DNA of 29,211 bases. It comes from a virus (taxonomy: Duplodnaviria > Caudoviricetes). A program made the translations under genes and the position numbers. The stretch is taken from the IMG/VR virus record IMGVR_UViG_3300032247_000926, positions 1-29,211 of that record. The stretch is one strand, 5' to 3'. Under the pieces are notes generated by a model. That model was not told where the DNA came from, did not search any database, and saw nothing but the letters and a program-made list of their open reading frames with translations. Position 1 is the first letter of the stretch; every line of letters starts with the position of its first letter. Shown here piece by piece: positions 6,955 to 15,144 of the stretch.

Positions 6955-8739
6955 ATGGGTCAATACGGTTACAATTCAAGCAATGCAGCTACATTCAATC
7001 AGTTGGTACGGACAGGTGTCACTGTGGAAGAAGCAGCCAAGCAGTCTGGGGTGAGCACCAATGCCAGTCAGTACGGATATGGCACAAATTCCAATGCAGG
7101 AGCAGTGATACCAGGTGCAGGTGGAGACACCAATGCTGCTGGATTGACCACCGTGGCATACACACAGTCTGGTACAGGTGAACCGGGGCAACAACCCGCA
7201 CAAACAAGCGCACCCGGTGCTGGATACAGCACATTCCAAGATCCAGCACAACGAGCAGGTCAGAACGCTCTTACCAGTCCACAACCCGGTCCTAGTCCCT
7301 TTGCTGCATTCAATCAGGTACAAGCAGTTCCCACTGTGGCACCGGCTCCGAGCACGTTTCAAGATCCGGCACAACGAGCAGCGGCTGCTGCGGCACTGCC
7401 CCCAGTACAGGCAGCTGAACCAGCGCCAAACCCAATCACTGAAACTCCAGCTGATTCTCGCATAATCTCTAGTACACCAGCAGCGTCGTCGGGTTTTGGA
7501 TACGGAACCGGCATCAATAATCCATCGGTGGCTCCTGTAGCTGCTGCCGAAACAACTACCAGTCCTTATTCTGCGTTCAGTCAAGTACAAACAGTTCCTC
7601 AACCTTTACAAACACCTGCGGCAGAACCAAGTCCGTTCTCAGGTGACCCGGCACAACGAGCAGAAGCAGCAGCAGCACAATCAACTGTGAAATCATTTGA
7701 GGCAGCGGATGTGCCATCATCTTTTGTTCAGGCTCCTGGTGAAGCCGGGCGTGGTACTGTGCCAACTCCTGAACCGGCACCGGTACCGCCGGCGTTGGTT
7801 AAACCAGGAGAAAGTCTTCAAGCACAGGCCGCTGCTGCTGCCGGCACTGGATCTACTCCTATTGGTGCCGAGGTTGCTACTCCGGCATCTAATACTGTGG
7901 CAGGCAAACTACTGACTCAGAGACAACAGGAACTGGCGGCGCAGAAAAAACTAATCAACGACACCGGAGACTGGCGCGTTCGTATCAGTCTTGCTGACAG
8001 TTCTGATTATCTTTATAATGTACCGTTCCTACAAGAAGGAATACTAGCACCACTCAAAGCCACATTTGGTGTGATTTTTCCTTACACTCCCAAGATCGAT
8101 GTTGGCTACAAAGCCACCTATAGCAATGTAGATCTTACTCATTCCAATTACACAAACTATTTTTATCAAAGCAGTTCAGTTGGGCAAGTACGTATCTCCG
8201 GAGCATTCACAGCACAGGACACAGTGGAAGCACAGTATCTTCTAGCAGTGATACATTTCTTCCGGTCGGCTACCAAGATGTTTTACGGGCAAGATGCACA
8301 ACGTGGTGCACCACCGCCATTGTTATTCGTCAGCGGACTAGGCGAATATCAATTCAACAATCATCCTTGTGTGTTGACCAACTTTGAATATAGTCTACCA
8401 GCAGATGTAGACTATATACGTGCAGGTAGTCCTAACAGCAATGGAACTGATTTGTTAAAAAGAAGAACATCCTCGCAGAACAATTTGCCTACCAATCCTG
8501 TGTCGGGCGCTCTCAGTAGGCTATCGGCATTATTTTCTCAACAAGGAATACCAAAAGGTGCTATACCTGCTTATCAACCTTCTCCTTCTAACTTGAGTAA
8601 AAATTCTCCCACCTATGTTCCAACTAAGATAGACATATCGGTAAGTCTGCTGCCAATAGTCACACGCAATCAGGCCAGCCGACAGTTCAGTCTCAAACAG
8701 TTTGCCAATGGTGATTTAGTGAAACAAGGATTCTGGTAA
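6955..8739 (+). CDS. Baseplate tail-tube initiator/cap-like protein (gp48/gp54-like) with long low-complexity N-terminal arm
   Basis: C-terminal about 255 aa globular domain (DWRVRISL..GVIFPYTP..LTHSNY..FTAQ..HFFRSATKM..GAPPP..PCVLTNFEYSLPADVDY) with tube-fold-like pattern; directly upstream of a gp53-like gene; first about 330 aa rich in Ala/Pro/Gly/Gln. Confidence 0.6.
   Translation: MGQYGYNSSNAATFNQLVRTGVTVEEAAKQSGVSTNASQYGYGTNSNAGAVIPGAGGDTNAAGLTTVAYTQSGTGEPGQQPAQTSAPGAGYSTFQDPAQRAGQNALTSPQPGPSPFAAFNQVQAVPTVAPAPSTFQDPAQRAAAAAALPPVQAAEPAPNPITETPADSRIISSTPAASSGFGYGTGINNPSVAPVAAAETTTSPYSAFSQVQTVPQPLQTPAAEPSPFSGDPAQRAEAAAAQSTVKSFEAADVPSSFVQAPGEAGRGTVPTPEPAPVPPALVKPGESLQAQAAAAAGTGSTPIGAEVATPASNTVAGKLLTQRQQELAAQKKLINDTGDWRVRISLADSSDYLYNVPFLQEGILAPLKATFGVIFPYTPKIDVGYKATYSNVDLTHSNYTNYFYQSSSVGQVRISGAFTAQDTVEAQYLLAVIHFFRSATKMFYGQDAQRGAPPPLLFVSGLGEYQFNNHPCVLTNFEYSLPADVDYIRAGSPNSNGTDLLKRRTSSQNNLPTNPVSGALSRLSALFSQQGIPKGAIPAYQPSPSNLSKNSPTYVPTKIDISVSLLPIVTRNQASRQFSLKQFANGDLVKQGFW
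7228..7662 (+). repeat. Dispersed coding repeats: 3x DPAQRA and 2x SP[FY]xAFxQVQxVP
   Basis: STFQDPAQRA at 7228-7257 and 7351-7380, DPAQRA at 7645-7662 (gcacaacgagca identical in all three); SPFAAFNQVQAVP 7294-7332 and SPYSAFSQVQTVP 7561-7599. Confidence 0.85.
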
Positions 8740-9038
8740 TGGCTAATTACGACAGCACTAGTGCTTATTATCTCACTCCCTACAGCCAGTTTTTTCTGGA
8801 TGTAATGACCAATCGGTCTTTTCCCAAAGAAAGTGATGACCAGACTTTGGTGATCACTCAGACATATCAATACCGACCTGACCTGCTGGCATTTGACCTT
8901 TACGACAATGCCGGTCTTTGGTGGGTGTTTTATCAACGCAATCCCAACACACTTACAAAACCTCCTTTGGATTTCAAAGTGGGAACTTTGATTTATCTAC
9001 CTAAAATAACCACATTGCGTAACGCATTAGGATTTTAA
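8739..9038 (+). CDS. Baseplate wedge subunit, gp53/LysM-like
   Basis: YQYRPDLLAFDLYDNAGLWWVF..RNP..DF..GTLIYLP matches the RPD..A..LY....LWW pattern of gp53-like proteins; TAATG overlap with the upstream gene. Confidence 0.8.
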   Translation: MANYDSTSAYYLTPYSQFFLDVMTNRSFPKESDDQTLVITQTYQYRPDLLAFDLYDNAGLWWVFYQRNPNTLTKPPLDFKVGTLIYLPKITTLRNALGF

Positions 9039-9040
9039 AC

Positions 9041-11851
9041 ATGGCCTATGGATATCCTCCATCAAGTTCAGCTGACACCACAGCACAGGCTCAACTGGCC
9101 AGAGATGATGGTGCCAATAACAGCGCAGCCCCTGTGGTGCAAAAAGAAACCGGGCCAGATGGCAGAGTGGTAGTAAAAGCCTTTGATGCTCCTACCAATG
9201 CCAACAAACCAGAAACCACTGAAAACGGAAACACAGATTTCGGGACCAACGATCCAACAAGAACTTTGGCGCAAAACCAGTACTCAAGAAGGTCCGGCCC
9301 ACCTCCTGCTCCTCCAAAACCCGCAGCAATTCCTCAATATGATCCCAACAACCCACCTAGAGTTGAAGTCAATGGCGTTGGCAATACCGGTCGTGATGAT
9401 GATGCCGCACCAGCATATCGGCCCACAGTGGTCAACAGACTAGATGAACTATACGCCGGAGCTCGTAATGCTATCGTAAGTCAAGATAACATATTAGATC
9501 AATTTGCCAGCTACACATATAGTCTCAGTTGGTATCTATTGGACCACGCCACATACAACACATTGCTCAGTAGCGATGTCAAAAATTTTAATAATTACAC
9601 GCTGTTGGTACAAAGTGGTGGTGCCCCACTACAGACCACAAGCCAAAATTATGTCCAGACCACTTCTACAGGACGCAGCCCATTCTTTCCTCTAGACTAT
9701 TATTTAGATAATTTTGAATTTGATACTGCGGTCAGCGGAACTCCGGGAACCAGAGGAGCAGCAAAACTCAGTTCATTTAGTTTTACGTTGACCGAACCCA
9801 ATGGAATATCGTTGATACCCAACTTGATCCGAGCAGTGAATGATCTGTACTTTACCAAAGGACTGGTTAAAAAAGGTACCACTGTGAATTACAGTGAAGC
9901 ACAGTATTGCATGGTGATTAGATTTTATGGATATGATTCTGCAGGAAATCTAGTGATACCTATTGATCAACGCCGCGGAGTGACTGATCGTCAAGCAGCT
10001 ATTGAAAAATTCATACCTTTCAAGATCACAGGCATTGAGTTCAAAGTGGCCAACAAGCTGGTAGAATATGCTGTCAAGGGCGCACCAATTGAACAACTCA
10101 CTGCGTTCAGCACAGATCGTGGCAGCATACCTCAGAACTTCCAGTTCCAGGGTGCCACGACCAAAGACATCTTGGTAGGTGCTCAGCAAACCGTGGCCAG
10201 GACTTCACAAGCCGACATAAGAAGACAAGAAAATGCAGTGGCAGCGGCAGCAGCAACTAGAGAAAATCTCAACTTGGATTCCAGTGACAACAGATTTGCA
10301 AGAACAGCACCTCCACCACCCAAAGCATCAGCTATTCTTTACAAAGTTGGTAATACCGAAGCCACAGGACTATGTGCGGCACTGAATCTATTTTTTGCCG
10401 AGGAAGCAAAAAAGCGTGGTGGAATAGCCGACATCTATGAGATACAGTTCCTTGATCCAATCCTGAGTAACGCATCAATAGTTCCTCCTGGACCAGTTGA
10501 TAAGGCATTGGCCGGCGGAAATTCACAAAACACCGCAGCCGCCAAAATTGATCCCAATAGACAAAATCTAGACCCATCACTACGAATAAGATCTTGCACT
10601 GCTGGTCAGCAAGTGGTACAATTCATTGACGAAGTCATGCGTAGCAGCAGTTACATTTCTGATCAACAAAATGCCATGTGGGTTTCAACTCCAGATGGCA
10701 AAGGTAAATGGGTGTACAATGAACACCCAAATAAGACTTTTGCATGGTTTGATATCAGTTGCGAAGCGCAGGTTATCAAGTATGATGAAAATGCTCGTTG
10801 CAATGCTTATCGTATGATATACAAGATAGCTCCTTATCAGACCACATTGACCAGTGAATATTTTGCATCTGGGGTATTCCGCGGGGTTCATAAGGTATAC
10901 AACTATTGGTTCACTGGGCAGAACACTCAGGTCACACAGTATGAACAAAGTTTTAATCATCTGTGGTCACAGACCATATCATCCAACGGGCCCACACAAT
11001 CAAAAGACATACAAAGCAAGACCAACAGCAGATTGATATGGTCAAAAAGATTCCAACCAGCCAGTAATCAAACCAGAGAAGGGGCCGAGGGCAATGTGTA
11101 TGAAGCAGCAGCCAACGCAGCCGATGTGTTGTACACATCCGATTTAGCCCAAATAAATTTGAGCATCATTGGAGATCCTGCGTGGATAGCATCGCCTAAG
11201 ACTCCGCAACCTGGCGAATTTGTGGTCTCACCATTTTTTCCTGATGGAACGATCAATTACGGTGCAGGATCACCGTACTTTGAATTTGCCTGGAACAGAC
11301 CTGTGGATTACAATCTTGAAACTGGACTCATGGATCCAGGAAAAAATAACTATTTTGCCGACCGTGAAAATAATCGCGCTGGCATAGCACAGGAATCTGT
11401 GATTTATAAAGCCACAGGAATCAAGAGTAAATTTAGTCGTGGTAAGTTTACACAGGAACTCAAGGGTGCTTGGTTGTTTGATGGAAAAAATGAAACAGTC
11501 AAGGCACCCACACCAGCGTCTGAAACAACTCGCACCACACAATCAGCCAATGAAGGCAATGAAGGGGAAGCACAAGCAGCAGCCACACGAGACAACGAGA
11601 TTCAAATGGCTCGAGATGATGCAGGAAGAAATCCTGCAAATTGGAGTGATGCACCATCTGCTGAGCTATCGGGCGATGTGGTTGCAAGTAACACTCTTGA
11701 GGCGCCATTGCCAGCAACACCACCTATACAAACTACAGAAGTTGTGCCAACACCACCACCTTCTAAACTAGGTGGATATGGCAGCGGCGCTAACAATCCT
11801 AGCCTAGCGGTCACATCGGCATCTCCTCAACTCATACAAAAAGATGCATAA
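9041..11851 (+). CDS. Putative baseplate hub protein (gp27-like) with low-complexity termini
   Basis: 936 aa; position between gp53-like and gp5-like genes; NILDQFASYTY, FTLTEPNG, LSIIGDP and C-terminal YKATGIKSKFSRGKFTQEL motifs resemble hub proteins of contractile tails. Confidence 0.6.
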   Translation: MAYGYPPSSSADTTAQAQLARDDGANNSAAPVVQKETGPDGRVVVKAFDAPTNANKPETTENGNTDFGTNDPTRTLAQNQYSRRSGPPPAPPKPAAIPQYDPNNPPRVEVNGVGNTGRDDDAAPAYRPTVVNRLDELYAGARNAIVSQDNILDQFASYTYSLSWYLLDHATYNTLLSSDVKNFNNYTLLVQSGGAPLQTTSQNYVQTTSTGRSPFFPLDYYLDNFEFDTAVSGTPGTRGAAKLSSFSFTLTEPNGISLIPNLIRAVNDLYFTKGLVKKGTTVNYSEAQYCMVIRFYGYDSAGNLVIPIDQRRGVTDRQAAIEKFIPFKITGIEFKVANKLVEYAVKGAPIEQLTAFSTDRGSIPQNFQFQGATTKDILVGAQQTVARTSQADIRRQENAVAAAAATRENLNLDSSDNRFARTAPPPPKASAILYKVGNTEATGLCAALNLFFAEEAKKRGGIADIYEIQFLDPILSNASIVPPGPVDKALAGGNSQNTAAAKIDPNRQNLDPSLRIRSCTAGQQVVQFIDEVMRSSSYISDQQNAMWVSTPDGKGKWVYNEHPNKTFAWFDISCEAQVIKYDENARCNAYRMIYKIAPYQTTLTSEYFASGVFRGVHKVYNYWFTGQNTQVTQYEQSFNHLWSQTISSNGPTQSKDIQSKTNSRLIWSKRFQPASNQTREGAEGNVYEAAANAADVLYTSDLAQINLSIIGDPAWIASPKTPQPGEFVVSPFFPDGTINYGAGSPYFEFAWNRPVDYNLETGLMDPGKNNYFADRENNRAGIAQESVIYKATGIKSKFSRGKFTQELKGAWLFDGKNETVKAPTPASETTRTTQSANEGNEGEAQAAATRDNEIQMARDDAGRNPANWSDAPSAELSGDVVASNTLEAPLPATPPIQTTEVVPTPPPSKLGGYGSGANNPSLAVTSASPQLIQKDA

Positions 11852-11869
11852 TATAGAAGGCAATCATCA

Positions 11870-13381
11870 ATGTCAATAAACAATCAACAACTATCAGGAA
11901 GAACCAGTAACTACAAGTTTGATCGTGGCGACAAACCTGCAGAGATGGGTCCATTCATTGGTACTGTGATGAACAATGTGGATCCTACTCGAACTGGACG
12001 ACTGCAGGTTCGAATACAACAATTTGCCTCGGGAGAAGATAACAATCCTCAGTTATGGCGTTGGGTCAACTATCTTCCTCCTTTTTACGGAGTCACAGAA
12101 AAAACCAGTTCCAATACTGGTGTGGGATCATATCCAGGCAATCAACAAAGTTATGGAATGTGGTTCACTCCTCCGGATATTGGCACACAGGTTTTATGTT
12201 TCTTTGTGGAAGGCGATCCTAGTCAAGGTTACTATGTAGGGTGTGTGATCAACAATGCACTAAATCACATGTTACCAGCCATTGGTGCTGCACCCGTGGG
12301 CGAGTATGTTACAGGTAACAAAACTCAGGCAGAATATTTTGCCGATGCTCCCACATTACCAGTCACGGAAATCAATTCAGCAAACAACGAAATTGATGGT
12401 AATCCTAAATTTTTTGATCAGCAAAAACCTGTTCATAGTTATCAAGCTGCTGTTTTCTTCCAACAAGGACTTGCTACCGACCCGGAACGTGGTCCTATCG
12501 TCTCTAACGCACAACGAGAAAGTCCCAGCACAGTGTATGGTGTGTCCACTCCGGGATTGCCCATATACGATGGCAAGCTAAGTCGAGCAACAGTCCGCAA
12601 GCAATTGGCCGAGGGCACTTTGACTCCACAGGATGTTAAAGTTGTTGGTCGTCAGGGCGGGCATACCTTGGTCATGGATGATGGTGACATTGAAGGTAAC
12701 AATTCATTGTTCCGTCTACGCACTGCCAAAGGTCATCAGATCATGATGAACGATAGCGAAAACTTTTTCTATATCATACATGCCAATGGCCAGACCTGGA
12801 TCGAGCTGGGACAAGAAGGCACAGTGGATATCTATTCCACCAACTCAGTGAATGTGAGAACACAAGGCACGATCAACCTGCATGCGGACAAAGACATCAA
12901 CATGTTTGCCGGCGGCAACATCAACATGAAATCCAATGCTGCTACCAACATTGGTGCCATCACCACATTAAACATGGCCAGTCAAGGCGATATGACTTTT
13001 TATAGCGAAACAACCGTGGGTGTTCGCAGTGATGGAACAATAGCATTGCAAAGTGACGCTGGTGGTTCTTGGAGCGGTGGTGCTGGATTGAAATTCAAAG
13101 CAGACAGGATTGATCTCAATGGGTCGGGCGCAGGAACTGTTTCAAAACCCAGATTGTTCCCCACAACCACATTGGATGATACCACATTTGACAATTCGAC
13201 TGGTTGGCAAGTGAAGACTAACTCATTGAAAAGTATCGTGACCAGGGCTCCTACCCATGAACCTTATCCCTTCCACAACAAGGGGGTGGCAGCAAGTGTG
13301 AGTCTCACCGAAGGTACTCCCACACCGCCACCGGCAGCAGAGCCGGTTGCCACCGATTGGAGTCTTGTGAGGAAATCATGA
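11870..13381 (+). CDS. gp5: Baseplate central spike (gp5/VgrG-like OB fold plus beta-helix), no lysozyme domain
   Basis: GTVMNNVDPTRTGRLQVRI and GMWFTPPDIGTQVLCFF OB-fold motifs; GGHTLVMDD, RLRTAKGHQIMMND, then about 8-residue periodic beta-helix repeats (INLHADKDINMFAGGNINMKS). Confidence 0.85.
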   Translation: MSINNQQLSGRTSNYKFDRGDKPAEMGPFIGTVMNNVDPTRTGRLQVRIQQFASGEDNNPQLWRWVNYLPPFYGVTEKTSSNTGVGSYPGNQQSYGMWFTPPDIGTQVLCFFVEGDPSQGYYVGCVINNALNHMLPAIGAAPVGEYVTGNKTQAEYFADAPTLPVTEINSANNEIDGNPKFFDQQKPVHSYQAAVFFQQGLATDPERGPIVSNAQRESPSTVYGVSTPGLPIYDGKLSRATVRKQLAEGTLTPQDVKVVGRQGGHTLVMDDGDIEGNNSLFRLRTAKGHQIMMNDSENFFYIIHANGQTWIELGQEGTVDIYSTNSVNVRTQGTINLHADKDINMFAGGNINMKSNAATNIGAITTLNMASQGDMTFYSETTVGVRSDGTIALQSDAGGSWSGGAGLKFKADRIDLNGSGAGTVSKPRLFPTTTLDDTTFDNSTGWQVKTNSLKSIVTRAPTHEPYPFHNKGVAASVSLTEGTPTPPPAAEPVATDWSLVRKS

Positions 13382-14685
13382 GTGTTTTTAAATTCACAGC
13401 ACCAGATGGCAAAGTCTTTGAAATACAAGGCCCTTCGGGGGCTACCTTTGACCAAGCCAAGGCGATATTTGACAAACAACTTGCCAGTGGCGGGCTGACT
13501 GGTATTCCTGTGGGAGGAGTAGTCAATGCAGTCACGCAAGCAGCAGGTGGATTGTCATCGGCATTGGCACAGATTGGTCCACAAGCAGCAGCACTCACAA
13601 AACAGATAAGCGGAGCGATCAATCTACCTACCAAGATAGGAGCATTGATACCAAATGCCATATCAGTGAGTGATTTTGTGAATACCAAGATCAGTGCTCA
13701 GAGTATTGGTAGTATCGCGTCAAATCAGATACAAGGACTGGTGGCACAAGCCTCTGCATCTGTAAATCAAGCTGCCAGTGTTATTACCAATGCCAAAGGT
13801 CTTGGAAAGTTTGGTCTGGATGCCAACCAGTTACAGTTGTCAGGATTGATCAAGCCCGGAATCGCCGATCAGATCAAACAAGTTCCGGACAAATTCAAAG
13901 AGATTTTAAGCAGCCCTACAAGTTGGACTGGCAAGTTGGGTGCTGTGAATCTGAATTCAGTGTTATCCAACACCGGATTACAAACTCGTGTGCAACAGGG
14001 ATTGATGAATGCTAATTTTGATCAACTCAAACAGTTGGGCACTATCAAAGGAACAGAGTTGGCCAGCCAACTAGGCCCGTTGTTAAACAATGCTACCAAA
14101 TTCGGAGCCGACACTGCCACAGCCTGGCTCAATGGTAAAGCACCTGGCAATCTAATAAATCAGATGAATAATTTTGCCACATCTGCACAGTTCAGTCAGT
14201 CATTTGCCGACATCAATTCTTCCATTGCCGGTGGAGGAAATCCACTGCAAGCAGGTATAGTGGCTGCAAAAGGATTTGCTAACACAGTGAACCGAACCAA
14301 TGTGGATCAGGCCACAAAAGCCATAATTGGTAATTCTAAAATTGAGAGTCCAGATTTTGCACCACCGGCAGCAGCCGCAGTCACAACAGCAGAAACAGCT
14401 GGACCGCTTGGTATACCTGTGATCACGCCGGCCCAACTGGTTGGAAAAAGCAGACAAACTCTAGACTCACTATACGAAGACAATACGGATATCATCCGTA
14501 TTGCCGAAAGACAAATTGCGGCTGCAGAACGTTCTCGAACTTTTGCAGTGAGTATAGGAGTAGATTCTCCTACAGCCCAAGAAACAGCAACAAAGATAGC
14601 CGGTTACCGTGCAGAGATAGCACAGGCCCGCGCGAACCAACAGGTCATCATCAATGCGTTGAATCAACTAGGCCCCAATACCTAG
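13378..14685 (+). CDS. Baseplate-associated hypothetical protein, possible degenerate lysozyme-like central domain (about 435 aa)
   Basis: ORF track 13357..14685; ATG at 13378 (MSVFKF) forms an ATGA overlap with the gp5 stop and follows GAGG. Ala/Gly/Gln-rich, central GLGKFG..LIKPG..SWTGK segment, C-terminal coiled-coil-like helices. Confidence 0.7.
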   Translation: MSVFKFTAPDGKVFEIQGPSGATFDQAKAIFDKQLASGGLTGIPVGGVVNAVTQAAGGLSSALAQIGPQAAALTKQISGAINLPTKIGALIPNAISVSDFVNTKISAQSIGSIASNQIQGLVAQASASVNQAASVITNAKGLGKFGLDANQLQLSGLIKPGIADQIKQVPDKFKEILSSPTSWTGKLGAVNLNSVLSNTGLQTRVQQGLMNANFDQLKQLGTIKGTELASQLGPLLNNATKFGADTATAWLNGKAPGNLINQMNNFATSAQFSQSFADINSSIAGGGNPLQAGIVAAKGFANTVNRTNVDQATKAIIGNSKIESPDFAPPAAAAVTTAETAGPLGIPVITPAQLVGKSRQTLDSLYEDNTDIIRIAERQIAAAERSRTFAVSIGVDSPTAQETATKIAGYRAEIAQARANQQVIINALNQLGPNT

Positions 14686-14710
14686 CGCCCATTGGTACTG
14701 TTTGAACTCC

Positions 14711-14718
14711 CATAAATA
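14711..14718 (+). promoter_or_regulatory. gp55-type late promoter (CATAAATA) 5 nt upstream of gp25
   Basis: 7/8 match to T4 TATAAATA in the 38-nt intergenic gap. Confidence 0.65.
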
Positions 14719-14723
14719 TCTGT

Positions 14724-15104
14724 ATGTCTACATTCATCGGATTTAACACTCAAAATCAATATAAAAAGTTCACATTAGTTGACAGTGAGTTGATCAAACG
14801 TGATCTTCTAAATGCTTTTAATATCTCTCAAGGGCAACTGCCCGGGCGTCCCGGATACGGAACTATATTATGGAGTTTTTTATTTGAGAATCAAGATCAG
14901 ACCACGATGAGTCAAATAACCAAAGAAGTACAAAGAGTGGTGGGCGGTGATCCCAGAGTGAATCTCATCGACGCTCAAATATACCCGCAGGATAACGGTG
15001 TGTTGATCGAACTGGAGGTACAGTTTGCTCCCAACACCAATGCTCAACTACTAAGTGTGTTCTTTGATCAACAACAAAGAATAGCAACCTTTGCTTTAAC
15101 TTAG
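14724..15104 (+). CDS. gp25: Baseplate wedge subunit / sheath initiator (gp25-like)
   Basis: 126 aa; LIKRDLLNAFNISQGQLPGRPGYGTILWSFLFE...DPRV matches the gp25/GPW family; located between gp5 and gp6. Confidence 0.9.
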   Translation: MSTFIGFNTQNQYKKFTLVDSELIKRDLLNAFNISQGQLPGRPGYGTILWSFLFENQDQTTMSQITKEVQRVVGGDPRVNLIDAQIYPQDNGVLIELEVQFAPNTNAQLLSVFFDQQQRIATFALT

Positions 15105-15118
15105 CCGTTTATTTTTTT

Positions 15119-15126
15119 GGTAAATA
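15119..15126 (+). promoter_or_regulatory. gp55-type late promoter (GGTAAATA) upstream of gp6
   Basis: Same 8-mer as 6931, also preceded by a T-rich stretch; followed by an 18-nt A-rich leader without SD. Confidence 0.65.
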
Positions 15127-15144
15127 ACAAAACAAACAAATATT

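Noticed and set aside
6976-7602. 208-aa minus-strand ORF rich in Cys/Arg/Ser
   Set aside because: Antisense shadow of the GCA/CCA/ACA-rich low-complexity region of ORF 6955; no protein-like features.
7228-7662. CRISPR-like or DNA-level repeat array (gcacaacgagca x3)
   Set aside because: Only 12 nt identical, irregular spacing, in frame within a coding gene and varying at synonymous positions; no cas genes.
15105-15120. Rho-independent terminator after gp25 (T-run)
   Set aside because: No convincing GC-rich hairpin precedes the T-run; better explained as upstream context of the late promoter.
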